A stretch of 64,000 nt of DNA from Spirochaetia bacterium (GTDB lineage Bacteria; Spirochaetota; Spirochaetia; DSM-16054; Sediminispirochaetaceae), in the NCBI GenBank assembly GCA_034520965.1, contig JAXHMY010000003.1, forward strand, positions 160,001 through 224,000, in the 5' to 3' direction. The position numbers were made by a program, and so were the translations under genes. Below, piece by piece: positions 42,262 through 52,699 of this stretch; positions within the stretch are counted from its first letter, which is position 1, and the number at the start of each line of letters is the position of its first letter. The notes under the pieces are model-generated. The model saw nothing but the letters and a program-made list of their open reading frames with translations, had not been told where the DNA came from and did no database searches.

Positions 42262-43926
42262 TTATTCAAATACCGCTCCGGTATGGGCGGAGGTAACCAA
42301 TTTACGGTAGCGCGCCAAATAGCTGCGCGGATCCACTTCGCTGGGATTTGGCTTCCAGCCCTCCCGCCGTTTGGCTATTTCCTGTTCATCCACCTGCAGC
42401 TCGAGGCGGCGATTGCTAATGTCCACAGTTATAGTGTCCCCCTCCTTCACCAGGCCGATCAAACCGCCGGCCAGTGCTTCCGGTGATACATGTCCTATGC
42501 AGGGACCACGGGTACCGCCGGAAAATCGCCCGTCGGTTATCAGAGCCACCGATTTTGAGAGCCCCATTCCGGCAATAGCCGAGGTAGGACTGAGCATCTC
42601 CCGCATTCCCGGGCCGCCCTTCGGCCCCTCGTACCGAATGACCACTACATCCCCGGAAGTTATCTGCCCTTCGACGATTGCGGTATAAGCGGTTTCCTCC
42701 GATTCGAACACCCGGGCCGGTCCTTCATGCTGCATCATCTCCGGTTCCACGGCCGACTGCTTTACCACACATCCCTCGGGAGCAAGGTTTCCGTACAGAA
42801 CCGCGATGCCCCCCTCTTTCATATAGGGTTCATCGGCTTTCCGAATAACCTTGGGATTCAAAATGGTCGATTTCTCTATATTTTCGCCCAAAGTTTTACC
42901 GGTTACAGTCATCGGACTGCCGTCGATCAACCCGTGCTTCAGAAGCTCATTCATGACCGCCGAAAGCCCCCCGGCATCATCCAGGTCCTGCATACTGTGA
43001 ACCCCGGCTGGGCTGATCTTGGTGATATTCGGCACTTTGCGGCTAATTTTATCAAAAGTCTTCAGGCTGATATCCACATGCGCTTCGCGGGCGATCGCCA
43101 GAAGATGCAAGGCCGTATTGGTTGATCCTCCGATTGCCATGTCCAGGGCAATCGCATTTTCAAAGGCGGTTGTGTTCATGATATCTCGGGCGGATATCTC
43201 CCGACGGATTAATTCCATAACCTGATGCCCTGCTCGACGGGCCAACTGCTTCCTCCGTCCGAAGGGGGCCGGAATAGTACCATTTCCCGGCAAAGCGATA
43301 CCAAGAGATTCAGCTAGACTATTGAGGGTATTCGCAGTAAAAAGACCGGCACAGCTTCCACAGCTCGGACAAGCCCGTATAGCAACTTGTTCAAGCTCGT
43401 CCTCGTCTATCTCTCCCGCCACAAATTTACCCACTGATTCAAAGGAACCACTAATAAGGTCGATGTTCTCTCCCTGGTAAGTACCGCTCAACATGGGGCC
43501 GCCGCTTACATACACCGCCGGCAAATTCATCCTGGCGGCACCCATCAGCATACCGGGAACTATTTTATCGCAGTTTCCAACCAGGACCAGTCCGTCGAAC
43601 TTCTGTCCGGTGGCAACCGACTCGATCGAATCGGCGATCAATTCTCGGGTAGCTAAGGGGTATCGCATTCCGCTGTGGTTCATTGCAATACCGTCACAAA
43701 TTCCAATGGAAGGGAATTCCATGGGAGTTCCTCCAGCTGCGGCTACTCCCAGTTTTACCGCCTGGACAATCTCATTCAGATGAAAATGTCCGGGAATAAT
43801 TTCATTATGTGCATTCACTATACCAATAAGAGGCTTTTGCAAATCCTCCGGCAGGTAACCCATCGCATACATCAGCGAACGGTGCGGTGCACGGTTCGGT
43901 CCTTTTGTTACTTCATCACTGCGCAT
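42262..43926 (-). CDS. ilvD: Dihydroxy-acid dehydratase
   Basis: CDGIAM, NCDKIVPG, CGSCAGLFTAN, GGSTN, YEGPKGGPGMREM, TDGRFSGG. GAGGAGG SD before MRSD. Confidence 0.97.
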   Translation of the reverse strand: MRSDEVTKGPNRAPHRSLMYAMGYLPEDLQKPLIGIVNAHNEIIPGHFHLNEIVQAVKLGVAAAGGTPMEFPSIGICDGIAMNHSGMRYPLATRELIADSIESVATGQKFDGLVLVGNCDKIVPGMLMGAARMNLPAVYVSGGPMLSGTYQGENIDLISGSFESVGKFVAGEIDEDELEQVAIRACPSCGSCAGLFTANTLNSLAESLGIALPGNGTIPAPFGRRKQLARRAGHQVMELIRREISARDIMNTTAFENAIALDMAIGGSTNTALHLLAIAREAHVDISLKTFDKISRKVPNITKISPAGVHSMQDLDDAGGLSAVMNELLKHGLIDGSPMTVTGKTLGENIEKSTILNPKVIRKADEPYMKEGGIAVLYGNLAPEGCVVKQSAVEPEMMQHEGPARVFESEETAYTAIVEGQITSGDVVVIRYEGPKGGPGMREMLSPTSAIAGMGLSKSVALITDGRFSGGTRGPCIGHVSPEALAGGLIGLVKEGDTITVDISNRRLELQVDEQEIAKRREGWKPNPSEVDPRSYLARYRKLVTSAHTGAVFE

Positions 43927-44057
43927 ACACGCCTCCTCTCTTATATCTTTCCACACCAAATGAAAGGATACAAGTAGTCCCGCAGGAAAAATAGAAAAAT
44001 ATAATACTATGTCGTGCAATAATTGAGATGGACCCCAGAAAATGATATAAAGGCAGC

Positions 44058-44834
44058 ATGAAACTAAAACAGATACCTGGAAATACAAAAGTAACTTCTA
44101 TTGGAATGCCCTTCTATTACGAAGGCAGCAGCAACAAGGCTGTGTTGGTACTGCACGGATTCACCGGGGTTTCCTATGAGATGCAGTACCTTGCGGAGCG
44201 GCTCAATGAGGCCGGTTTTACTGTAGCCGTGCCCCGTCTCCCCGGCCATGGGACCACGGGAAAGGATTTTATGCTCACCGACCGCCGCGACTGGATGCGC
44301 CGAGCGGTGGATGCCTACCTGGAACTGCAGAGCCGGTATGAAAAAGTGTATGTTGCAGGACTTTCGATGGGCGGACTTCTCACTCTGCTTATAGCAGCCC
44401 AGTTTCCGGTTGAACGGATTGCCCTGGCAGCACCGGCACTGATAAACAACAATAAGCTTATCTACCTCTCGCCAATTCTCCGTTTTTTTATGCGGAAGGC
44501 TTATATTGGCCATGAGGAGGATTCCGAAGATCCGGAATATCAATACCTCTCCGATGAATACTGGAGTTATCGCTATGGAAACCAGGTGTATCACCTGTTC
44601 CGCCTGCAGCTTGCCGCCAGGCGCGCACTTTCAAAAGTGCAGGTTCCCACACTTACCCTGGTTTCGCACAACGACCATACGGTTCCTGTACGGGTTGCAG
44701 AGCTCATTGAGAAGCGAATTGCCTCGCCCATCACTAAGCGGGTCGAGCTGGCCACAAGTTCGCATATTATTGTAAATGATACAGAAAAAGAGAGGGCCGC
44801 CGACGAAATCGTGGCGTGGTTTTCTGGGGAATAA
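44058..44834 (+). CDS. Alpha/beta-hydrolase carboxylesterase (monoacylglycerol lipase-like)
   Basis: LHGFTG, LPGHG, GLSMGG nucleophile motif, D..V and SH catalytic residues. Confidence 0.9.
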   Translation: MKLKQIPGNTKVTSIGMPFYYEGSSNKAVLVLHGFTGVSYEMQYLAERLNEAGFTVAVPRLPGHGTTGKDFMLTDRRDWMRRAVDAYLELQSRYEKVYVAGLSMGGLLTLLIAAQFPVERIALAAPALINNNKLIYLSPILRFFMRKAYIGHEEDSEDPEYQYLSDEYWSYRYGNQVYHLFRLQLAARRALSKVQVPTLTLVSHNDHTVPVRVAELIEKRIASPITKRVELATSSHIIVNDTEKERAADEIVAWFSGE

Positions 44835-44854
44835 CTGCTGTCGGGAACCCAGAC

Positions 44855-45163
44855 CTATTTTGGAACCCGGGTTTTATAAAGCTCAATCATCTTGCGAAAT
44901 GCGGAATCGCTTTTCTTCAGCTCTTTTGAACCGCGGGTGATCTTGCACAGACTCAAGCCTAAATTTTTAGCAATTTTTCTTTGACTCATCCCGTCTTCCA
45001 GCAAACGAACCAGCGCCCAGCGTTTCCCCATTTCCCGTACTTCAGCATCTGTAAAGAGGGCCGATAAAAAGCTGTCTATCATATCCGGATCATCACAAAG
45101 GGCTAATACTGCCGCTAACTCTCGGAGGGGATGATCCTCGTTCCAATGTAATCTGTTTTCCAT
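44855..45163 (-). CDS. TrpR/YerC-family transcriptional regulator
   Basis: LFTDAEV..MGKRW..GMSQRKIA..LGLSLCKITRGS. Start placed 7 nt after the TATGAT -10 box. Confidence 0.88.
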   Translation of the reverse strand: MENRLHWNEDHPLRELAAVLALCDDPDMIDSFLSALFTDAEVREMGKRWALVRLLEDGMSQRKIAKNLGLSLCKITRGSKELKKSDSAFRKMIELYKTRVPK

Positions 45164-45218
45164 AAACTCGATCATACCAGCTTAGCGCGCCCTGTCAAGC
45201 GCTTACTCAAGCTGCCCC

Positions 45219-46376
45219 TCAAGTGCCCAACAGAAAGCGGTCGAACTGGTGCTCCATCTTTTTAGGTATCATGATCTCCGATGCACACTCCATGGCGTAG
45301 TCATCGGTCATCCCCGCTAAATAGTCAAAGGGCATATTTGTAAAGCCCCCATCAACTTCCTCGTAGAATGCTCGCATTTTTACCACATAATCGGCGTAAC
45401 GAACGGCAATCAAATTCTGCTCCTTCTGATAGCTCTTGATATCAAAGCCGTACAGCTGGAAAATCTCCTGCAAATAGGTATAAAGCGTCTGCAGTATTCG
45501 TTCAAAATAGCGATGATAATTAGATAATATGGGATTCAGATATATGCTGTGGTAATTAAACTCTTTAAGCACCTTCATCGCATGAAAAATAGTATCACTA
45601 AAACTAATCCCTTCTCCTGCCTGGGAGGATTCGATTACATCATCAACTAACGTACTGATTATCTCGCTGTTTGAGCCCCCCAACACTCGAACTACCTCAT
45701 CCGGAATCTGCTGCTTTTCAATTATCTTTAACTGCACTGCATCTTCAACATCTCGACCCAGATAAGCAATTTTATCGGCCATCCGCACTACCACGGCTTC
45801 CCAGGTGGAGGGGTACTGATCGCGGGCAACGATAGCCTGCAGGTCTTTCTTCTGAAAATCCGGCTTAATGGACTGTTCAAACTTTTCCCCGCAATGGTTC
45901 ACTATTCCATCTCTGACAGCATAAGTAAGGTTCATCCCTTTTCCATAGTTGGCCAGATAGTCTACCACTCGCAATGAATAAAGCTCGTGGATAAACCCGC
46001 CGCTCCCGCTCTTCAGCTCGTTCATGACCGTCTCGCCAACGTGTCCAAAGGGAGTATGTCCAAGATCATGCCCCAAGCCAATCGCCCAGGCTAGATCGGA
46101 ATCAAGTTCCAAGCCGCGGCAAATCGCCGCGGCAACCGACGCTACATGCATTACGTGCTCAATTCGAGTACAGATATGATCATTCTTAGGGGAGAAAAAA
46201 ACCTGAGTTTTATGTTTTAGACGTCGAAAAGGGTAAGAGTGGATTATTGCGGTGGTATCACGAAAATAGTGGCCCCGTTCATCCTCTTTACGCGGATGCA
46301 CACGCTGCCATAGCTCCTCCATGGGCAGTTGATTTTGAAATTTTTTCACAGGCTCCTCCTGTTCCCATTCTCGCAT
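45219..46376 (-). CDS. dGTP triphosphohydrolase-like HD protein
   Basis: FRRLKHKTQVF, TRIEH, GHDLGHTPFGH, ADKIAY, DYLAGMTD. Confidence 0.9.
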   Translation of the reverse strand: MREWEQEEPVKKFQNQLPMEELWQRVHPRKEDERGHYFRDTTAIIHSYPFRRLKHKTQVFFSPKNDHICTRIEHVMHVASVAAAICRGLELDSDLAWAIGLGHDLGHTPFGHVGETVMNELKSGSGGFIHELYSLRVVDYLANYGKGMNLTYAVRDGIVNHCGEKFEQSIKPDFQKKDLQAIVARDQYPSTWEAVVVRMADKIAYLGRDVEDAVQLKIIEKQQIPDEVVRVLGGSNSEIISTLVDDVIESSQAGEGISFSDTIFHAMKVLKEFNYHSIYLNPILSNYHRYFERILQTLYTYLQEIFQLYGFDIKSYQKEQNLIAVRYADYVVKMRAFYEEVDGGFTNMPFDYLAGMTDDYAMECASEIMIPKKMEHQFDRFLLGT

Positions 46377-46445
46377 AGCTTCAGCCCCTTCTCAACAGCT
46401 AGTATGTTATTTCTATATTGTATTAATTGCGGCTGATTGTATTTG

Positions 46446-46587
46446 CAGGAATTCTCATTTTGGAAGTCATAAGACTTCCAAAATGAGAATTCCCACAACA
46501 TCTTTAAGATAAACTACTTATCTTACACAAAAGGTAAGCATTCGCAATTTGAAAATTTTCCAAAAATTTTCAAATTGCGAATTGCTG
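46446..46587 (-). mobile_element. 142-bp MITE-like element (copy B, opposite orientation) with 9-bp TSD TTGTATTTG
   Basis: CAGGAATTC...GAATTGCTG ends. TTGTATTTG at 46437-46445 and 46588-46596. Colinear with copy A. Confidence 0.88.
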
Positions 46588-46661
46588 TTGTATTTGATTT
46601 TTATATTTAAACACACTATAGTTCTGAATAGATCAATTTATCTAAAGGTGAAAGCAGCAGT

Positions 46662-48734
46662 ATGCGAAATGAAAAAATTCTCATTGTTGAAGACGAACGC
46701 ATTATTGCCCTTGATCTCAAAAAGCGGCTTGAGCGGTTTGGTTTCAGCTCTCCCGAGATTGTTTCGAATGGGGAAGATGCCCTGGAAGCGGCAGAATCCA
46801 TGCATCCGGATATTATCCTTATGGATATTATGCTTGGGGGCACGATAGATGGAATAGATGCTGCCAAAAGTATAAAAGAAACACTCAGTATCCCGGTGAT
46901 TTTTCTTACTGCCTACTCCAATGAAAATACCCTCGACCGGGCAAAAGAGGCCGAACCCTATGGCTATATTCTTAAACCTTTTAAGGAACGAGAGCTGTAT
47001 ACAACCATTGATATTGCTCTCTACAAATTTAAGGTTAACCTTCAGCTCAAACAGCAGGAGCGCTGGCTTTCGGCGGTCCTGCATAGCGTTGAGGACGGGA
47101 TCATTGCCACCGGCCGCGATGGACGTATTCAGTTCATGAACAGAGTTGCTGAGACCATCACAGGCTGGGACGAGACTCAAGCCGAAAATCTTGGGCTTGA
47201 AGAAGTTTTTCCCCTTACCTACGGTCAAGACAGACGCCCTATGGTATTTCCAGAGATCAAAACTGCCAAAAATGAAAACTACCCCTATATGTTTAAAGAT
47301 TGTGTTCTTGAAAATAAGCAGAGCGCCCGCATCAATGTAGAAGGCTCACTGGCGGTCATAAAAGACCGTAACGGCAATACCGATGGACAAGTACTTGCCT
47401 TTCGCGATACCACCGAGATGCAGCGTCTCAGTGATACGGTTTCCTACCAGGCAAGTCACGATTCTTTAACAGGACTGGCCAACCGCGAGGAGTTCTCCGC
47501 CCGTGTAGAATTTGTCTTAAACAACGCCAAACAAGCCGATACCGAGCACGCTTTTATCTACCTTGATATTGACCAGTTTCGAGTAATAAATGATATCTGC
47601 GGCCACACTGCCGGTGATGAACTGCTCTTAAAGACCACCCGCATTATCCGCTCAATCGTACGCAGCAGTGACTTCTCAGCTCGGCTGGGCGCTGATGAGT
47701 TCGGCATTCTACTTGAAAATGCTCACATTGAGCAGGCAATGGAAATCGCCAAACGACTTCAATCACGTCTGTTGGAAGATCGTCTTGTCTGGGATAAACA
47801 TGTATTCAACATCAACACCAGTATTGGTATCGTACCTATCGATAAAACCAGTGAATCCGTTCACACGGTATTTGCCGCCGCCGACGATGCCTGCTATGTT
47901 GCCAAGGACGACGGCGGAAACAAAATAAAAATCTACAGTAACGAGGAAAACCGCTTCGTTCAACGCCGTGGCGAGATGCAGTGGATTTCCCGCTTAACCA
48001 AAGCCCTGGAAGAGGACCGCTTCGTTTTGTACCATCAGCCGATAATTGCCCTGGATGGGAGCGAGCAAAAAGTTTTCAAAAGCGAAATTCTTATTAGAAT
48101 GATAGATATCGAGGGTAATATTATTTCCCCGGCCTATTTTATTCCCTCCGCAGAACGCTACAACCTGATGCCTGCCATTGACCGCTGGGTAATCCAAACC
48201 GCCTTTCGAAACTATAAACTCCTGTCGGATAAACACGGCCATGATAAGAATCCATACTCATTTACCATAAATCTGTCGGCTGCTTTTTTGGCCGATGAAA
48301 CATCCCTTGACTTTTTGCGTTATGAATTCCAGGAATACAGCGTACCACCGGCGGCATTCTGTTTTGAAATTACCGAAACCGCCGCTATTACCAATATGGA
48401 CACCGCCACTCACTTTATCCGCGAGATGAAAAAAACCGGCTGTACCTTTGCCCTGGATGATTTCGGTAGCGGTTTTTCCTCTTTTAACTATTTACGACTG
48501 CTGCCGGTTGATTATCTAAAGATCGATGGAATCTTTGTAAAAAACATGCACGAGGACAGCATTAGCCATGCAATGGTGGAGGCTATAAACAGCCTTGGAC
48601 ATTTTATCGGTATTAAAACAATCGCCGAGTTCGTGGCCAACGATCAAATTATTAAGAAGCTGAAAAAAATCGGGGTGGACTTCGGCCAGGGCTATGAACT
48701 TGGCCGCCCCTCTCCTCTGACGGAGCTGTTATAG
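46662..48734 (+). CDS. REC-PAS-GGDEF-EAL c-di-GMP signalling protein
   Basis: VEDE..MDIML receiver, PAS, HDSLTGLANR, RLGADEF, EIL, EITE, DDFGSG. Confidence 0.92.
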   Translation: MRNEKILIVEDERIIALDLKKRLERFGFSSPEIVSNGEDALEAAESMHPDIILMDIMLGGTIDGIDAAKSIKETLSIPVIFLTAYSNENTLDRAKEAEPYGYILKPFKERELYTTIDIALYKFKVNLQLKQQERWLSAVLHSVEDGIIATGRDGRIQFMNRVAETITGWDETQAENLGLEEVFPLTYGQDRRPMVFPEIKTAKNENYPYMFKDCVLENKQSARINVEGSLAVIKDRNGNTDGQVLAFRDTTEMQRLSDTVSYQASHDSLTGLANREEFSARVEFVLNNAKQADTEHAFIYLDIDQFRVINDICGHTAGDELLLKTTRIIRSIVRSSDFSARLGADEFGILLENAHIEQAMEIAKRLQSRLLEDRLVWDKHVFNINTSIGIVPIDKTSESVHTVFAAADDACYVAKDDGGNKIKIYSNEENRFVQRRGEMQWISRLTKALEEDRFVLYHQPIIALDGSEQKVFKSEILIRMIDIEGNIISPAYFIPSAERYNLMPAIDRWVIQTAFRNYKLLSDKHGHDKNPYSFTINLSAAFLADETSLDFLRYEFQEYSVPPAAFCFEITETAAITNMDTATHFIREMKKTGCTFALDDFGSGFSSFNYLRLLPVDYLKIDGIFVKNMHEDSISHAMVEAINSLGHFIGIKTIAEFVANDQIIKKLKKIGVDFGQGYELGRPSPLTELL

Positions 48735-48756
48735 CATCCTACCGACCGCCGCCATT

Positions 48757-50136
48757 CTACTTACCGCACATTTTCTCCGGATCTAAAATTTCATCCGCCT
48801 CAGCCGGGCTCAGTACCCCCTCGTCCAATACCACCTGTCGCACAGTTTTCCCCTCATAAAAAGCTTTATGGGCCAGGGCTGCAGCGGCATCGTAGCCGAT
48901 ACGAACCGCTAAAGGGGTAATCAAAGCTAAACTCTTCTCAATCGCCTCTGCGGTATGCGTAGTCGGCACTTTCACGCCCCGCACACATTCGGTCTCGAAC
49001 CTTCCTGCAACTCGGCTAAGCAGTTCAAGACTGGTCAGGACTTCATGGCTTATCAGGGGCTGCATAATATTCAGCTGCAGCGGCGCATTCTGAGCAGCAA
49101 TACTTACACTGGTTTGCTTCCCCATCACAAAAGCCGCTGCCTGAATTACCATTTCAGGGATAACCGGATTTACCTTTCCCGGCATAATCGAGCTGCCCGG
49201 CTGGAGCTCCGGAAGCTCAAGTTCGGCCAAGCCTGCTCGCGGCCCGCTCGATAAGAGCCTAAAGTCCTGGGCAATTTTCATCAGCACTACCGCCGTTCCA
49301 TTAAGGGCCCCCATGAGGGACAGCTGCTCATCCCGGGCCGATATCTGTACAAAGGGGTTTGTAGAACATCTGAAGGGAATAGAGCTGTGCGCTGCTATAC
49401 CTTCGGCAACCTGGGAGGCCCAGTCGGCGGAGCTGTTCAAACCGGTTCCAACTGCGGTCCCCCCCAGGGGCAGCTCTTCCAGCGCCGGCAGCTGCTGGGT
49501 AATCCGTTCCGCACTCCGCCGTATCTGCTCGGCCCAGGCGCCGAACTCCTGGCTCACCCGCATCGGCACGGCGTCCTGCAGGTGGGTTCGTCCCAGCTTA
49601 AGGCTGCCGGAGTACTCGATTCCCTTCTGTTCAATCGCCACAGCCAGGGACTTGAGGCTTGCACAGAGTGTACCGGCGGTTATTCGCGCAGCTATATTGC
49701 CGGCAGCGGGAATTACGTCGTTAGAGGATTGACCGCGATTCACATGGTCGTTGGGATGAATCGTCTCCCTGCCCTGCAGAAATTCCTTCCCCCGATATGC
49801 CAAGACCTCGTTCATATTCATATTCCAGCTGGTACCCGAACCGGTTTGAAACACATCAAGGGGAAAGTGGGCATCCAGCTTTCCCGTCATTACCTCATTC
49901 GCGGCGGACTGGATAGCCGAGGCCACCTCCTCACTTAAACTTCCTGAGCGCTGATGAGCCCCGGCGGCAGCCAGTTTTATCAGGGCAAGTGCATTCCGCA
50001 TTTCAGGATGAATTTTATAGGGAGATACACTAAAGTTCTGCAGGGCCCGCTGGGTATGGGCCCCCCATTTAGCCCATTCCGGAACCTGTATCGAACCCAT
50101 GGAATCATATTCTACTCTGTATGGACTCTCTTTCAT
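48757..50136 (-). CDS. fumC: Class II fumarate hydratase (fumarase/aspartase family)
   Basis: QTGSGTSWNMN, GQSSND, GRTHLQDA, GSSIMPGKVNP. Confidence 0.85.
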   Translation of the reverse strand: MKESPYRVEYDSMGSIQVPEWAKWGAHTQRALQNFSVSPYKIHPEMRNALALIKLAAAGAHQRSGSLSEEVASAIQSAANEVMTGKLDAHFPLDVFQTGSGTSWNMNMNEVLAYRGKEFLQGRETIHPNDHVNRGQSSNDVIPAAGNIAARITAGTLCASLKSLAVAIEQKGIEYSGSLKLGRTHLQDAVPMRVSQEFGAWAEQIRRSAERITQQLPALEELPLGGTAVGTGLNSSADWASQVAEGIAAHSSIPFRCSTNPFVQISARDEQLSLMGALNGTAVVLMKIAQDFRLLSSGPRAGLAELELPELQPGSSIMPGKVNPVIPEMVIQAAAFVMGKQTSVSIAAQNAPLQLNIMQPLISHEVLTSLELLSRVAGRFETECVRGVKVPTTHTAEAIEKSLALITPLAVRIGYDAAAALAHKAFYEGKTVRQVVLDEGVLSPAEADEILDPEKMCGK

Positions 50137-50213
50137 CTCAACCTCCCGGGGTAATTTGTTCTACAGGGCAGCTTGACAGAGCTGACGGTTCTTACTACTG
50201 TCTGTACACAAGT

Positions 50214-50780
50214 ATGGATAGCAAAGCCCTCACTCCGCAACATCTATTTCTTACCGGTCTAAAACACTGCGGGAAGACCACTCTAGGAAGCATGCTTGCG
50301 GCCCGCTGCGGCCGGTTATTTTTTGACCTTGATGAGCTTCTTTTACAAGAAGCCCGGCCCGAGGGCTACAGCTCGGTCCGCGAGATCTATCGTACCGCGG
50401 GGCGTAAAAAGTTCCAAGAGTATGAGGCCCGGGCGGCCGAAAAAGCGTGCGTTCAAAATTCAACGCCGGAGGTCATTCTCTCTCTCGGTGGAGGAACCAT
50501 CGAAAACCCCGCCGCTCTGGAGACACTGAAACCTGCCGGAAGTTTTATCTACCTCCACGTCGAGGAAGAGGTACTGTTCGAACGAATACAACGTGGCGGC
50601 CTACCCCCTTTCCTGATTGGAGATCAACCGCCGCAAGAAATGTTTCATGAGCTGTGGGTGCGTAGACATCAGTTATACCTGAGTTATGCTGATCTGGTAC
50701 TCACCCTTCCCAACCAGGCAGTTGAGGATAATTTTAAGCTGCTGTACACTCAATTAAAGGAACACAATTATGTCGGGTAG
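50214..50780 (+). CDS. aroK: Shikimate kinase
   Basis: GLKHCGKTT P-loop, DLD, SLGGG. Upstream TTGACA-17-TACTGT. Confidence 0.9.
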   Translation: MDSKALTPQHLFLTGLKHCGKTTLGSMLAARCGRLFFDLDELLLQEARPEGYSSVREIYRTAGRKKFQEYEARAAEKACVQNSTPEVILSLGGGTIENPAALETLKPAGSFIYLHVEEEVLFERIQRGGLPPFLIGDQPPQEMFHELWVRRHQLYLSYADLVLTLPNQAVEDNFKLLYTQLKEHNYVG

Positions 50781-51825
50781 CACATTCGGTACGCATTTTA
50801 AGATAACCACCTTCGGAGAGTCCCACGGAGCGGGGGTGGGAGTAGTTGTAGACGGAGTTACTCCCCAAATCGAGATAAGCGAGAAGGAAGTACAAAAGGA
50901 ACTGGACCGCCGTAAACCGGGACAATCCCATATTACTACCTCCCGCCGTGAGAGCGACACAATCCACTTTCTCTCGGGAGTATTCGAGGGGAAGACAACC
51001 GGCACTCCCCTCGCCATGGTACTCTACAATCAGGACCATGACAGCAGCGCCTACGACCATATTAAACATGCGTATCGTCCCGGCCATGCCGATTTTACCT
51101 ACCAGGCAAAGTACGGTATCCGCGACTACCGCGGCAGCGGCCGTGCCTCCGGCCGGGAAACCGCCGGACGGGTAGCCGCCGGAGCAGTAGCTAAAAAGAT
51201 CCTGGCAAGCCGTGGTATCAGCATTATCGCTTATACTCTCAAGGCCGCCGGAATCGAGTGCAGCCTGCGGGATATCGACCAAATCGAGCAAAACCCTATG
51301 CGTGCCTGTGACCCTCACGCAGCGGCTCAGATGGTAAAACGTATCGAAGAGTTGAAAGAGACGGGTGACAGTGCCGGAGGGGTGGTTGAATGTAGTATTA
51401 CCGGTCTTCCAAAGGGTATTGGAGAGCCGGTGTTCGACAAATTTGAGGCGGAGATCGGCAAGGGGATACTTTCAGTTGGAGCAGTCCGTGGAATTGAGTT
51501 CGGCAGTGGTTTTGCCGCCGCCGATATGCTGGGAAGCACCCACAACGACCCCCTTACTCCCCAGGGCTTTGCCAGCAATTTTGCCGGGGGCACCCTTGGA
51601 GGTATTACCACAGGGGAAGCGTTCATTTTTCGGGCAGCAGTAAAACCGACCGCTTCCATCAGCTCTGAACAGCAATCGATCAACGAGAATGGAGAGGCGA
51701 TTACCATAAAAACTGAAGGAAGACACGACCCATGTATTTGTCCGCGAATTGTACCGGTAATAGAGGCGATGAGTGCAATTGTAATTGTAGACATGCTCAA
51801 GCGGCAGGCGGCAATGTGGGCTTAA
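50770..51825 (+). CDS. aroC: Chorismate synthase
   Basis: TFGESHG, RPGHAD, GRASGRETA, GRHDPC. Confidence 0.98.
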   Translation: MSGSTFGTHFKITTFGESHGAGVGVVVDGVTPQIEISEKEVQKELDRRKPGQSHITTSRRESDTIHFLSGVFEGKTTGTPLAMVLYNQDHDSSAYDHIKHAYRPGHADFTYQAKYGIRDYRGSGRASGRETAGRVAAGAVAKKILASRGISIIAYTLKAAGIECSLRDIDQIEQNPMRACDPHAAAQMVKRIEELKETGDSAGGVVECSITGLPKGIGEPVFDKFEAEIGKGILSVGAVRGIEFGSGFAAADMLGSTHNDPLTPQGFASNFAGGTLGGITTGEAFIFRAAVKPTASISSEQQSINENGEAITIKTEGRHDPCICPRIVPVIEAMSAIVIVDMLKRQAAMWA

Positions 51826-51887
51826 GGTTTGACCTGTACCACTATATGAATTATGCTTAAAACTGCAATGCTCAAAAGGAGACATCT

Positions 51888-52676
51888 ATGAAAATCGGTT
51901 TTTTTCAATTTGCTCCAAGTATCGGAAATGTAGAACATAACCGATCAAGACTGGTCGAGGCGCTGCTCCAGACGGATGCCGATTTGCTGGTTGCCCCGGA
52001 GCTATCAGTCAGCGGGTACTTTTTCTCTTCCACCGCCCAAGCCCGCGAGCTGGCCGAGCCGATACCCGGGCCCACTACTGATGCCCTGAGTGAAGCCTCC
52101 GCAAGGAGCGGCTGTACTATTGTAACCGGTATAGCCGAGCTGGCGGGGGATCAGCTGTTTAACAGCGCAGTGGTAATCGGACCGGAGGGTATAATCGGTA
52201 CCTATCGAAAAATACACCTCTTTAACGAGGAAACACTGCACTTCACTCCCGGAAGCGAGGGCTTTTTTACTTTCGACCTAAAGGGAGTAAAAGTCGGGGT
52301 TTTAGTCTGCTTCGACCATATGTTTCCCGAAGCGGCCCGTAGTCTTGCCCTGCAGGGGGTTCAGATTGTTTGCCATCCGTCGGACCTAGTTCTCCCCGAG
52401 TACGGCCAGCTTACCAGCCGCGTACGGGCTCTTGAAAACCGAATGTTCTGGATACTAGCTAACCGTTGGGGAACCGAAACTGTTGGAGAAAAGTCGCTGA
52501 CTTACACAGGCACCAGCCAGGTGGTACATCCACGGGGCCGCATACTCATACGTGCCGAGGCCGCCTCCGATGATATTTCCGCGGTTGAAGTTGACCCGAA
52601 GGATTCCCTGGATAAGAATGTCACCGAGTACAACCATCTACTGAACGATCGACGCCCCGAGTTTTATTTCACCTAA
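51888..52676 (+). CDS. Carbon-nitrogen hydrolase (nitrilase/amidase family)
   Basis: PEL, YRKIHL and VCFD motifs giving the E-K-C catalytic triad. Confidence 0.92.
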   Translation: MKIGFFQFAPSIGNVEHNRSRLVEALLQTDADLLVAPELSVSGYFFSSTAQARELAEPIPGPTTDALSEASARSGCTIVTGIAELAGDQLFNSAVVIGPEGIIGTYRKIHLFNEETLHFTPGSEGFFTFDLKGVKVGVLVCFDHMFPEAARSLALQGVQIVCHPSDLVLPEYGQLTSRVRALENRMFWILANRWGTETVGEKSLTYTGTSQVVHPRGRILIRAEAASDDISAVEVDPKDSLDKNVTEYNHLLNDRRPEFYFT

Positions 52677-52699
52677 AGGCTTCATACCAAGTGCCGGTG

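Noticed and set aside
43927..44088. N-terminal extension of IlvD in the ORF track (also the extended starts at 6532, 18650, 22328, 24021 and 50121)
   Set aside because: The extensions run through promoters or neighbouring genes. SD or -10 positions and family N-termini support shorter starts.
45219..46376. dGTPase as an anti-phage defence gene
   Set aside because: Short housekeeping-type HD protein in a core-gene context with no defence neighbours.
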